From Fonticula-like sp. SCN 57-25 (lineage: Eukaryota), in the NCBI GenBank assembly GCA_001724245.1, contig MEDX01000010.1:61621-81620 (forward strand): 20,000 nt of DNA, given 5' to 3'. The first letter of the stretch is position 1. Each line of letters begins with the position of its first letter. The translations under genes were made by a program, and so were the position numbers. The notes under the pieces are model-generated. The model ran no database searches. It worked only from the letters and a program-made list of their open reading frames with translations, and was not told the origin of the DNA. Shown in pieces: positions 1 through 12,339 of the stretch.

Positions 1-3000
1 GCGCGGCGGCTCCTCCTCAAGGAAGCGAAGCATGTTGGTCGCGAGGGCAAGCCACTGCGAGTACTCGGAGTTGACAACGCCGCCGCGGCTGATCGTGCCC
101 GAAGCCTTGAGGCCGCTCCGCACCCAGCCCTTGTTCGAGCTCGACAGCGCAATCTGTGCATTGCCGAAAACGTCGCGCACAATGTGCTCGGAAAGGCGGC
201 GCATCTGGCCCTCGTGCTGGTGCGCGTGGTCGGCGGACTCGTCCAGCGTAAGGACGCGGCGCAGAATAAAGGCAAGGTCGTAGGAGATGGTCGCGCGCGG
301 GGCCTTGGAGATGAGGCGCGTGTTCTCGGTCGACTTTGACGCGAGCTGGTCGTCGCTCGCGCTCGGAGAGGTGGCCGCATCGCCGTCGTCGAGCGACATG
401 GGCGGCGGCGGAACGTACGACGGCGGGCGCGTGCTCAGGCGGTACACGTAGTAGTGGTCGGGAATGCCCTGCTCCTCCTTGAAGGCGTGCACAAAGAGGC
501 ACGGGACGTGGCCAAACTTGAAGAAGGCGTTGCGGAAGAACTCGACAGCTGCAGCACAACGTCAGTGGCCAGTCAAAATGGTATGTATGGCGGGCGCCAT
601 GTGCGTACCGCGCGTGCAGAGCGTGTTCTTGCGCTTGACGTTGAGCGGCGTGATCAGCTGGCCAAACACGCCGAGCTGGACCTTGAGCAGCGACAGCGCA
701 ATCGGGGGGAGCTCAAGGATGGAGGTGAACACGGCGATAATCGTCTATAAAAGCACGCAAAATTAGCATAATTAGATATCGCAAAAGAGCTCGCGGCAGC
801 ACGTACGAGCTTGTTGTCCTCGCTGCACTCTGCATTCGTGGCGAAAAAGTTGAGCAGCTCGCGCGCGCACGTCTTCAAAAGCGAGCGCGTCGTCTCTGCC
901 CTGTCTCTCTTGTCGCTGCTGCGCCTGTCGAGCAGGGCGGCAAACTCGGGCTCGTACTTGTAGAGCAGGATCAGCAGCGCGTTTAGGGCGCTGCGCAGCT
1001 CGGCGTGCGTCATGCAAGCAAGGTTGCTGCGGTTGAAAATGGAGAGGATATTGTCCGCAAAGCAGTTGAACGGCGACTCTGGCTCGCCCGCCAGCTGCCT
1101 GCCGCCAGACTCGCGCGCGACAACGATGGAGCCGGCGTCCAGGATGTCGGCGAGGCCCTGCAAAAAGGCGACAAGCATCTGACGCTGCGGCGGCTCCAAC
1201 GACGAAATGTCGAGGGGCTCGACGGCGCCGTACCACTGACGCTCGTCACCCGCGTCGCCCTGCACATCGCTCTTAAAGTCAATGTTATGCCTACAGACGG
1301 GTCAGTTTCAGAGCGAAAGGAAACAAAAAAAGGGTGCGTACAGATTGTATCCGACGATGGTCGAGACAAAGCGCTTGAGGTAGCGCATGTGCGAGACAGA
1401 AATCTGAATTCCGCTGGCGAGCATGTTGACCATGATGTTCCAGTACATTACCGACGTGCTGACGACCTTGTCGACCGTCTCTGCGCTGCCGACGACGCGG
1501 CCCGGGTTGAGCGCGACCTCGCTGAGCTTGTACGCGGGCGCCTGGCTGCCGCCTGCGGGCGCCTCGCGCCACGGCTGCACGAAGCGGAACAGCAGCGACG
1601 ACCAGTCAAAGAGCATCGCGCGCGGGTAATGCAGCAGGAGGCGCTCGAGCGTCTGCAGCGCGAGCAGCGAGTCGTCGTGGCGCGCGTTCATGTCGAGCCA
1701 GTCGACGACGCACGCCGTGACGCGCGCAAACTGGACGCCCGTCATGCTGACAATAATCGTGTGCGCCTCGTTGCGCACAATCGGCTCAGAGTCGTGCAGC
1801 GCCTCGAAAATGTACTGCACAAGTGGGCCGAGGTAGCGCAGCGGCGTCGCCTTGCGAGGCTGCTTGCCGTCGCTGCGCGCGCTCTGCGGCGTGCCGGGGG
1901 CATCCTGCGGCTGCTGCTCCTCGAAATTGCTGGACGCCATAAAGTGGTTGTACTGGACAGTGTCGCTCAGGCTGCTAAAGATGGCGAGGATGCGGCGCAG
2001 GCTGTCGAATCGCGTCTTCCAGGCCGGCGCATGCGTCTCTTTTTGCACGTACGCGAAAAAGTGCGTCGGGGAAAAGAGGACGAGCAGCAAAAGGAGCTGC
2101 GCGGCGACCTCCTGGAGCGGCGACGGAACGCCAAGGAAAGTCGACCACAAGCTACCCATTTGTTAGCAGTCAAAAACATAAAGAAAAAAATGCCATACTA
2201 TGGGATCAAATAAGACTGCAGCGCCTCGATCGTGTGGTCGCGCTTATTCACGGCAAACGAGCACAGGATGGTGTAGAGCGTGCGCAGCGCCAGCGTCTGC
2301 ACCTCGGCGTCGCCCACGTTGAGCTGCACGAGCAGGAGCTTGGTGATGGTCGACGACTCGTCCACGTCGAGCGTCGGGCGAATCTGCATCGCATTCATGG
2401 ACGACACAAGGCTGTGCACAAATAGTGAGTAAACAAGCGGGAAAGAGCGCGGGAAACGTACGTCATCGGCACGTCCATGATGGAAAACTCGCCGAGTGCG
2501 ACGGGGTCAAAGCCGCACGCGGTCAGCATGAGCATGTCCAGCAAGCGGTACGCCTCCACACGCTCATTCGTGCTACAAAGGCAAAATTACGTCAGCACTC
2601 ACAGCCGCAAACCACAGCAACGCACTCTTTGATGGACGTGATGCACTTGTACGCCGGCACGACGACCGCCGTGACGATCTGCGCGTTTGGCTCGGTGATA
2701 GGGAACTCGAGGAAAGAGCGCAGGGCGATCTGCATGATTGCGTGGATGCCCTTTGTCGTCCCCTCCTCTGCGATGGCCTCGAGCAGGCGCGCGAGGACAC
2801 TGCTGGGCACGCGCACGCGCGCGCAGGAAAGCATCATGGCCCACCGGATGAGCGGCTCGGACGCGCTGCCGTGCTCCTTCTCAAGCCTGCTCCACGTTTC
2901 CAGGAAGCGCTTGTCGTCGACGTTGGGCAAAAAGTCGGACAGCCCAAAGATGGCCCTCTGCAGGCCGCTGAGCATGAGCAGGCGGCCGTCCACACTTGCC

Positions 3001-4655
3001 TGCGCCTTGGCGCGCGGCAGCGTCGAGCTGGAGATGACCGGGCTCAACGTGCCGTCCCTGGACACCAACGTGCTGCTCCTGGGCGACGACGCCATCGGCG
3101 ACGGCGGCGTGCCCGGCGCCGAGCGCGACTGCTCGTACGGCGGGAGGAACGGCAGGGTCCACAGCGACTTGTCGAGCGCGATGCCGTACGCGTCGCAGCT
3201 GTGCGTGAACCACGTGCCCATGAGCTTGAGGCCGAGCTTGTCGCCGAGCACGCGCGAGCCCAGAACGCTGCACATGAAATCGGCGTACAGCTCGCGCGTC
3301 AGCTCCTTCTTGTAAAACGACATCATGAAGCGCTCGTAGACGGCCCACGCGGCGGGGTCGACGTCGGGCTGCAGCACGGCCAGCACGTCCTCGGGGTAGC
3401 CGCGGACGGCGCGGTCCACGAGCGACGCGAACCGCTCCTCAGCCTCGGAAAAGATGGACTTGGTCTCAATCTTCTCCGTGGGGGTGCGGCTGCCCGTCGT
3501 CTTCTTGCCGGCAAAGACCGACTTGCGCGGAATCGTCGAGGTGGGCGTCGGGGCGGTGGTGGTCGGGGGCGCGACGGTGCCGGACGTGCACGACGCGCGC
3601 AGCATGCTCGCGATGAGGATGCGGCGGGCGTCCTCGCTCGAGTCCCAGAGAAGGTCCTGCGGCACGGCGGAAAGCATGCGCGCGGCGTACAACACGCACT
3701 TTACGTTATTGGCCGCCAGCAGACACGATGCAGCGTCCACAATGACGGCGACGGTCAGGTCGTCCGCAAACAGAGTGCTGTTGATATTGTTTTCAAACGA
3801 CGACGCAACAGATGTGTTGCGCAGACGCTTCTCGATAAAAGCAAGGCTCTCGTCGTCGCGCGACAGATCGAGGTAGTCGACGATGAGGGGCGCCTTTTTG
3901 GGGTACGCCACCGCGAGCACCTGGATCAGGGCTTCGCTAAAGTGCGCGTCTTGCTTGACGTTGTCGAGCAGCGCCTTCAAGTGGGTACCTTCAACCTCCT
4001 TGTAAATGTTGAATACAATGGTGAGCAGCGGGACCAAGAATGGGTTGCCCGACGAGCTCAGCGCCTCGCACTGGCTGCGGATCGTCTGGAAAAAGTTGGG
4101 CAGCAGCGAGAGAGCCGACGAGAGCGGCTTGAGGTTGAGCAGGCGCAAGAGGCTGACGCTGAAATCAAGCATCTGCGACATGGCGCCCAGCTGCGCGTAC
4201 AGCCGCACAACCGCCGTCAGCTGGTCGATGGCGGCCTTGGCCGCTTCGGCCGGCATGCGATCGTCCACGGCGCCAAACAAATAGTCGCCCACCTCGTCCA
4301 CGACGGACACCAGAACGACGAAAGACCGCGAGCGGATGATGGCGTCGTTGTCGTCTTCTCCTTCGCCCTTTGACGGCGCTATCCCAGAGATCGGCGTGAC
4401 CGGCACGCCGCTGTCCGTGTTGAGGAAAGTGAGCTGCTCATCCTTGAGCCCGACCTGCGCCTTGCACAGATCGCGGAGGAGATGCTTGAGGGTCGGCGTC
4501 GCATTCAGTCCCTTCGCCAGAGATCCCTCTGACGTGTCGCGGAGAACGGCGATCTTTTCCTGGATCGTAGCGTGCACCTTCTTGGCGTCCTCATTGAGGC
4601 CATCGAGCACTTGACTCTGACCGCGCTTGCCGCGCCACAGCGCCTGGAGGGCCAT
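1..4655 (-). CDS. Large HEAT/alpha-solenoid protein, UNC79-like (NALCN channel complex subunit); 3' end lies beyond the window. Exons 4655-2626, 2572-2462, 2411-2199, 2151-1342, 1290-807, 744-609, 548-<1 (>1,440 aa)
   Basis: Six GT-AG introns join the minus-strand ORF fragments into one stop-free frame. HEAT-like segments include LNVGDAEVQTLALRTLYTIL and EALHDSEPIVRNEAHTII. The segment LIPYLWS...AWKTRFDSL...LQTL...FDWSSLLFRF...EA resembles my recollection of the animal UNC79 mid-region. The gene model is well supported; the family call is moderate. Confidence 0.75.
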
Positions 4656-4889
4656 CGACTAGAGCCCGAGCGCGCGCAGCGTCAAATGCGCTCCTGAAGC
4701 GGTAGGTACGGCGGCCCCGACGGCACACGAGAGCAGCGCAAGAAAGAGGCGACACCACCAAGAGAGACGAGACGCTGCCTCGACCGGATGTGGCAGGGAC
4801 GCGCCAAACAAAAGCGCTCAAGATTTAGCAGGAAAGTGGTCGGTTTGAAACCATCGATACCCGACCGTAACGAAAGGGCGCGGCGAGGG
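4656..4889. promoter_or_regulatory. Bidirectional promoter between the UNC79-like gene and SEH1, possibly with a 5'-UTR intron on the minus strand
   Basis: 234 bp separate the divergent ATGs. On the minus strand, a branch-like TTTGAC and a CTAG acceptor end 3 nt before the ATG. Confidence 0.6.
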
Positions 4890-6046
4890 ATGGCGGCAGG
4901 CACGACGGTGGCGCAGCGACTCCGCGCGGAGCACAAGGACTTTATACACGATGTTGCGTATGACTTTTACGGGCGGCGCATGGTGACCTGCGGCAGCGAC
5001 CACATGGTGAGCATCTACAATCAGGAAGGCGATGTACGATGTAAACTGACAAGTGCTCGGTGTGCTAACGGGTGGGGTTGTGCAGGAGCAGGCGCCGGAG
5101 GGACGGTGGCAGCTCGTGTGCCAGTTTAAGGCGCATGACGCGCCCGTTCTGCGCGCAGGCTGGGCGCACCCAGAGTTTGGACAGGTGATCGCGACGTGCT
5201 CCACGGACCGCGAGCTCATCATCTGGGAGGAGCCCGAGATCCGTACGCGCCCCTTTTGCTCCCGCAGGCAAAGTGTCTTATCAGAATGCGCGAAACTAGT
5301 TCAAAGCGGCAAGGCGTGGGTACAAAAGGCGCAGCTGGTGGATAGCCGCGCTGCCCTTCAGGACTTTGAGTTTGCGCCAAAGCACCAGGGCCTCAAGATC
5401 GCCGCCGTGTCTGCGGACGGCTACGTGCGTCTCTACGAGGCGATCGATGTTATGGACGTGGGACGCTGGACGCTCATGGTGCGCTATATTATTTCGCTGC
5501 TTTCAGCGTGCTAACGGAAGCTTGTTATAGGATGATTTTGAGATTGTGGCCAACAGCAAGGAGCGCGATGGCTCGTACTGCCTGTCGTGGTGCCCGTCGC
5601 GCCTTCACCCCGCGATGCTGGCCGTCGGCTGCGGCCGCGAGAATTGCGTCCGCATCTACCGCTACAAGGACCAGAACCGGAAATGGATGCCCGCGGTGAC
5701 GCTGCCGCACCCGGACGTTGTCCACGATGTGGCGTGGGCACCCAACATTGGCCGCTCCTTCCACCTCATTGCGACCGCCTGCCGCGACGGCATCGTTCGC
5801 ATCTGGCGCGTCAAGGACGACGTCGCCAGCGAGCCAGTCGAGTTTAATGACCACCAGGCGGAGGTGTGGCGCGTCTCGTGGAACGTGACGGGCACCGTGC
5901 TCGCCTCGTCGGGCGACGACGGCAAGGTCCGCTTGTACAAAGGTACGATGAGTGTTTTATGGTTGGCGTGAGCTCACCAAGGTGATATAGCAAACTTTAA
6001 GGAGGAGTGGAACTGCACAAGCGTCATCAAGGCCCCGGAAGCCTAG
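4890..6046 (+). CDS. SEH1: Nucleoporin/GATOR2 subunit Seh1 (WD40), 315 aa. Exons 4890-5033, 5086-5242, 5300-5478, 5531-5942, 5991-6046
   Basis: Seh1-type motifs HKDFIHDVAYDFYGRRM, WAHPEFGQVIATCS, QLVDSR...EFAPKHQGLKIA, WAPNIGRSFHLIATAC and VWRVSWNVTGTVLASSGDDG. Four GT-AG introns keep the frame. Confidence 0.95.
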
Positions 6047-6248
6047 ATAGCGTTATAAACTGAAGAAATGTATAGTATTTAAACACGAATCTCTGCTTTG
6101 TTGGATATCGGGTTTAAAAGTATCAAAAGTTATCAGCAAAGGACAGTCTTTAAAATGATATGCATATCAATTTTGAATCCATAAAAGTACGCTGTGCTAC
6201 AGCAGCGCTTCCATTATGTGTGTTGTACAGCCAGCTGCAACACATACG

Positions 6249-6307
6249 GAGCCACCAAGGAGCCAAGATCGAGCCCAGATCGAGCCCCAGTCGAGCCCGG
6301 ATTGAGC
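6249..6307. repeat. 11-bp-period degenerate tandem repeat upstream of AASS
   Basis: GAGC(C) starts at 6249, 6260, 6271, 6282, 6293 and 6304; the core unit is AGATCGAGCCC. Confidence 0.85.
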
Positions 6308-6380
6308 AAATTATATCCGACCAAAACGTACCCGTAACCGACCGAAACCTACATCTTTTTTCTCACGCTTGGCACCCGAC

Positions 6381-9300
6381 ATGTCGTGGCTGCGAGCGGT
6401 ACAAGGCGCGCGCCCTGCGCTCTCGCCGCGGCTTACTTTGGTTCGCCTCGCACTCTGCTGCTCTACCAACACACTGTGCTTACATTGTTGTTTCTAGCGC
6501 TCCCTTGGGTCGGTCATCGGCATCCGTCGCGAGGACAAGAACAAGTGGGAGAGGCGATCCCCCTTGGCTCCCACCCATGTGAAACAGCTTGTTGAGCAGG
6601 GCATCTCCGTGCAGGTCGAAACATCGACGCGGCGCGTGTTCAAGGACTATGAATATGCGGCGGTACGCGTGCCTGATTGTGTGGTGGTGCAAGTGGGTTG
6701 TTAACCGTCCGAGCGCAGGCCGGCGCCAAGGTGGTCGACTCGATGAAGGACGCAGACATCATCCTGGGCGTGAAGGAAGTGCCAATCAAGACGCTCGAGG
6801 ACAACAAGACGTATGTCATGTTTTCGCACACCCACAAGGGCCAGAAGCACAACATGCCGCTTTTGCAGGCGATCCTGGACAAGAAAATCCGCCTCATGGA
6901 CTATGAGCTTCTCACCGACGAGGAGGGTAAGCGCCTCGTCCGCTTCGGCACCTTTGCCGGTTACGCGGGCATGATCGACTTTTTGCACGGGTTTGGCCTG
7001 CGCCTGCTGGCGCTCGGCCACGACTCGCCGTTCATGGTACGACCTGATGGGCGCCTGATCATTGCGCTGATCCACCGATGCCTTTTTCTGCCACGTAGAA
7101 TGTGAGCATGACGTACAACTACCGCAATCTTGCCGTTGCCAAGGAGGCCATTCGCAGCGCCGGCGCTGACATTGCCGCTGGCGCGCTCCCCGCTGCGTTC
7201 GGCCCGATGATCTTTGTTTTCACCGGCGACGGCCACGTAACGCGCGGCGCCGAGGAGGTCTTTGAGCAGCTCCCGCACAAGTGGGTCAAGCCGAGCGAGC
7301 TTGCGACGCTCGTCTCGTCGGGCAAGCACGACAACAATGTCGTGTACGGTGTGCGGGTGGTTGACGCGGACTATATTGTGCAAAAGGCGGACGGCCAGCC
7401 GATGACGGACAAGGCCGACTACCGCAAGAACCCGCACCTGTACGAGTCCATGTTCCACACCAAGATTGCGCCGTACGCGACGGCCATCATGAACGGCATT
7501 TACTGGGACGCCCGGTACCCGCGCCTCCTCACCAACGAGCAGGCGCGCGCGCTCGCGCCGGGCCGTCTTGTGGGCGTCGCCGACATTTCGTGCGACGTCG
7601 AGGGCAGCCTCGAGTTTATGCGCAAGGTGACCGACCTCGACGAGCCGTTCTTTGTCTACAACGCGCGCGAGGACTCTATCAGCAGCGAGTGCGAACTCAT
7701 TTTGGGTACTTTTTTCGTACTCACAGACCGCTTTTTTTTCTCTAAATTAGCATGAATGGGCCGGGCTTTTTCGTGCTGTCGGTCGACAATCTCCCCGCCG
7801 AGCTGCCGCGCGAGGCGAGCGACCACTTTAGCGACGCTCTTGTTAGCCACGTGCGCGACCTCGCCGCGGGCACAAAGACCGCCCAGCTGGGCCGCGTGCT
7901 GCGCGACGCCGTCATCGCCGACGAGGGTCACCTCTACGGCCCGCACGTCAAGCTCGAGGAGACGGTGAAGAACAACAAGTGCGCTGCAGCGCTCTTTAAT
8001 GATACCTCTTTTCTGACACTTTTACTTGCGCAGTGGCCGCGGTGTGACTGGCTCGGGCGGGCCTGAGCGCCGCGTGCTCGTGCTTGGCTCTGGCCTTGTG
8101 GCGGGCCCGCTGGTCGACTATCTGAGCGGCGTGTCCGGCGTCAAGGTGACGATCGGCAGCATTGACGAGGGCGAGGCGCGCCGCCTCCAAAAGGGCCGCC
8201 AGCAGATCGCCGTTGAAAAGCTTGACGCGCGCGACTCTGCCGCGCTGAGCCAGGCTGTCGCCTCGCACGACCTTGTTGTGAGCTTTACTCCCGCTGCGAT
8301 GCACCCGCTTGTCGGCGAGGCGTGCCTGGCGCACTCCAAGCACCTTGTGACGGCGAGCTACATCTCGCCCGCCATGCGCGAGCTGAGCAGCAAGGCCGCC
8401 GAGCGCAACCTGACGTTCCTTAACGAGATGGGCCTCGACCCCGGAATTGACCACATGACGGCGATGCAGGTGCTGGACAGCGCGCGCGAGCGCGGCGCCG
8501 TCGTGCGCTCCTTCCGCTCGCTGTGCGGCGGCCTGCCGGCGCCCGAGAGCTCGGACAACTTTTTGGGGTACAAGCTGTCGTGGTCGCCGCGCGGCTTCCT
8601 GACGGCCGGGCTCAACGCCGCGCGCTGGCTCGAGGACGGCGAGGAGCACTCCATCCCCGCGGGGTCGCTCTTCAAGAACCCGCAGCAGGTGTCCATCTAC
8701 CCGGCGTTTGCGCTCGAGGTGCTCCCCAACCGCGACTCGATCTCGTACAAGGACGTATACGGCCTCAAGGACGCGCACACCATCTTTAGAGGAACGCTGC
8801 GCTACCAGGGCTTTGCGTCCATGATGTCGGTGCTCGCAAAGCTCGACCTGTTTGACTCCAAGCCGGTCGACTACCTCATGCCGGGGGCGCCGCCGATGAC
8901 ATGGGTACGTGGGAAAGGAAAGGGAAAAAAGGAAAATATTGCTGAACACGTAGCTAAACCGTATTTGATGTGCAGCGCCAGCTCATGGACAAGCTGCACC
9001 CTGACAGGAGCCACCTGACGGAAGGTCTGAACCCGACCATGGGCGAGATTCACCGCCTGCTCGACGGCCTCCAGTTCCTCGACATCTTTGAGGACAAGCC
9101 GGTGGCGCAGCGCGGCACGATAATGGACGCGTTCTGCGCCGTGCTCGAGGAGAAGCTGGTGCGTTTTTTGATATGGTTTTGAGTGTCGTGCTGACGGTGG
9201 TCGCTTGGTAGGCGTACGCCCCTGGTGAGCGCGACATGGTCATGATGCACCACGAGTTTGTGCTCGAGTACGAGAAGGAGAAGAAGGTGCGCTCTCTTCT

Positions 9301-9584
9301 TAGACCTATTTAAATATGCTTTTGAATGGTTTTCTAATATTTATTTGTAGGTTGAGACGATTTTGGCGACCATGATCGACTATGGCACGCCGAATGGCTA
9401 CTCTTCGATGGCGCGCACGGTTGGTCTTCCGGCCGCGATGGGCGCGCGCTACGTGCTCGACGGCACCATCAAGAAGCGCGGCGTTATTGGGCCGATGTCA
9501 AAGGCCGTGTACGAGCCCGTGCTCAAGGAGCTCGAGACGCACGGCGTGCGCATGGTGGAGCGCTCGTTCCTTACGGGCGCGTAG
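6381..9584 (+). CDS. AASS: Alpha-aminoadipic semialdehyde synthase (lysine-ketoglutarate reductase/saccharopine dehydrogenase fusion), 907 aa, with a predicted mitochondrial presequence. Exons 6381-6440, 6498-6662, 6719-7036, 7099-7688, 7751-7978, 8034-8904, 8976-9158, 9212-9286, 9351-9584
   Basis: LKR motifs GIRREDKNKWERRSPLAP, ILGVKEVP, FSHTHKGQ, NGIYWDARYPRLLT, DISCD and VDNLPAELP. SDH motifs VLVLGSGLVAGP, NEMGLDPGIDHM, CGGLPAPE, YKLSWSPRG, RGTLRYQGF and SMARTVGLP. The N-terminus MSWLRAVQGARPALSPRLTLRS is Arg-rich and acid-free. Confidence 0.95.
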
Positions 9585-9910
9585 ATGAAATTTGTGAAGA
9601 TTTTCTTATTATGCCCTTAAGGCAAATTTAAATACAACTCGATAAATGTATACTGTAAATGCACAGCTATGCTTTTTGTCTGCTCAAAACGGTGCACTTT
9701 ATGGACAGTCTATGGTACTCGATTATACGCACATTTTTTGCTGGCAAAGCTCGGCAAAGGCAACAAGCAAAGGCGTATCGATGTTCTGATTGGCTGATCG
9801 GCAATGACAATGAGACGTTTTACGAAATCGTCTCACGGTCACCTGAACGACTCTTTTTTTCGGCCGACTTTTTTCCCATTGTCTTTTGTTGCACTCGCAC
9901 GAAATCAAAC

Positions 9911-10457
9911 ATGTCGGCCCTCAACGGTACCTACGAGCTCGACTCGAAGCGCTCTGAGAGCACTGAGGACTTCCTCGCCGCCCAGGATGTCGGATGGGCC
10001 AAGCGCAAGGTGCGCTCTTGCCGTGGCGCGTCTCGGTCCGAGTGCTAATTTACCTCAAATAGATCGCCAACAACATGTCCCAGACGATCACCATCACCGT
10101 CGAGGGCGATGAGGTCTCCATCCAGCAGGTGACCACCATGGCCAACAACACCGTCAAGCTCACCCTCGGCGGCGACTACGTCGAGTTTGTCGTACGTTAA
10201 TTGTGTTTGTTTATTCCTTTTCCTCTGTCGTACACGGCGCTAAACAAGTGGCGGTGTTGCAGGATGACCTCACCGGCGAGAAGGCCAAGCGCAAGGCCTT
10301 CCTCAGCGGCGACGCCATCGTTGTTGAGAGCATTGGCTCCAAGGGCACCACCACCATCACCCGTACCGTCGAGGAGGATGGCAAGGTCCTCCACGCCACC
10401 ATCGAGTTTGTCGGTGCCAAGACCCTCAAGATCAACCGCTACTTCAACCGCAAGTAA
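9911..10457 (+). CDS. FABP/calycin-like intracellular lipid-binding protein, 140 aa. Exons 9911-10009, 10063-10191, 10263-10457
   Basis: The N-terminal GTYEL...SE..EDFLAAQDVGWAKRKIA matches the FABP strand A/helix pattern. It is followed by alternating beta-strand segments and a C-terminal RYFNRK (FABP R-x-Y/F-x-R/K-like). The size is typical, and strong C-ending codon bias suggests high expression. Confidence 0.8.
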
Positions 10458-10921
10458 GCGCCATGTGCCCCTGGCCCTTTTTAGACACGCGTGAACACGG
10501 CGCTTTTCCTTTAAAGAGCCTCATGTGTACCGCCATTTAATATAGTTTTATGGCATAATCTGCTTTTGTCCCCTGTATCATGGCCGATGTTGTATTGCCC
10601 CTGAGCGCCAGAAGCACTATTTAAACTCTCTTTCTTTAAAGGCCTGCTGCCGAGGCATATTTTCGTTCGAAACGCGCGTTTCATGCGCGCCTGTGCCATT
10701 GCCCACCCCTGAATATGGGTTCTTGTGTATTCGCGACGCGTCGGCTCACACGCTCCGGGTAGACCCTTTTCCATCCCCCTATCATTTTCCCTCCAAAATG
10801 ACGCGTTGGAGGGAGGCCCCCCTGACCCTCGGCTTTTTGGCAACGTGTCATTTTGCTTCTGCTCTTTCTTTTTCCTTTGTTCATTTACGCTCTCCTCTCT
10901 CTCCCGAGCAAAGCTTCAAGC

Positions 10922-12152
<1,231 letters not shown>

Positions 12153-12339
12153 GTATTGCCTGGCCTGGTAACTATCGATCATCTCCCTGTAACACGGGAC
12201 TCCACAATATACCCTATTATTATTACATGTTGCCATCACTGATGCAAACCACTGAGGCAAATACTGCAACTGATACAAAACTGTCTATGAGATGTTTATT
12301 GCATAGTTTACAAGTGTGGTCCAATAGTCAATGTACTTT

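Noticed and set aside
2198-2200. Apparent in-frame stops suggesting stop-codon reassignment or pseudogenes
   Set aside because: All are removed by canonical GT-AG introns (here TA|GTATGG...TAG|C gives Tyr); the standard code fits every gene.
2742-4373. Long + strand ORFs (543 aa; also 1005-2213, 402 aa, and 2425-3315)
   Set aside because: They are antisense shadows of the GC-rich UNC79-like exons, with Arg/Ala/Gly-rich composition and no motifs.
9811-9835. Small hairpin TGAGACG...CGTCTCA upstream of the FABP-like gene
   Set aside because: A 7-bp stem is within chance expectation and has no other support.
10458-10921. tRNA or snoRNA in the FABP-GAPDH intergenic region
   Set aside because: No cloverleaf, A/B boxes or convincing C/D or H/ACA arrangement was recognisable by eye.
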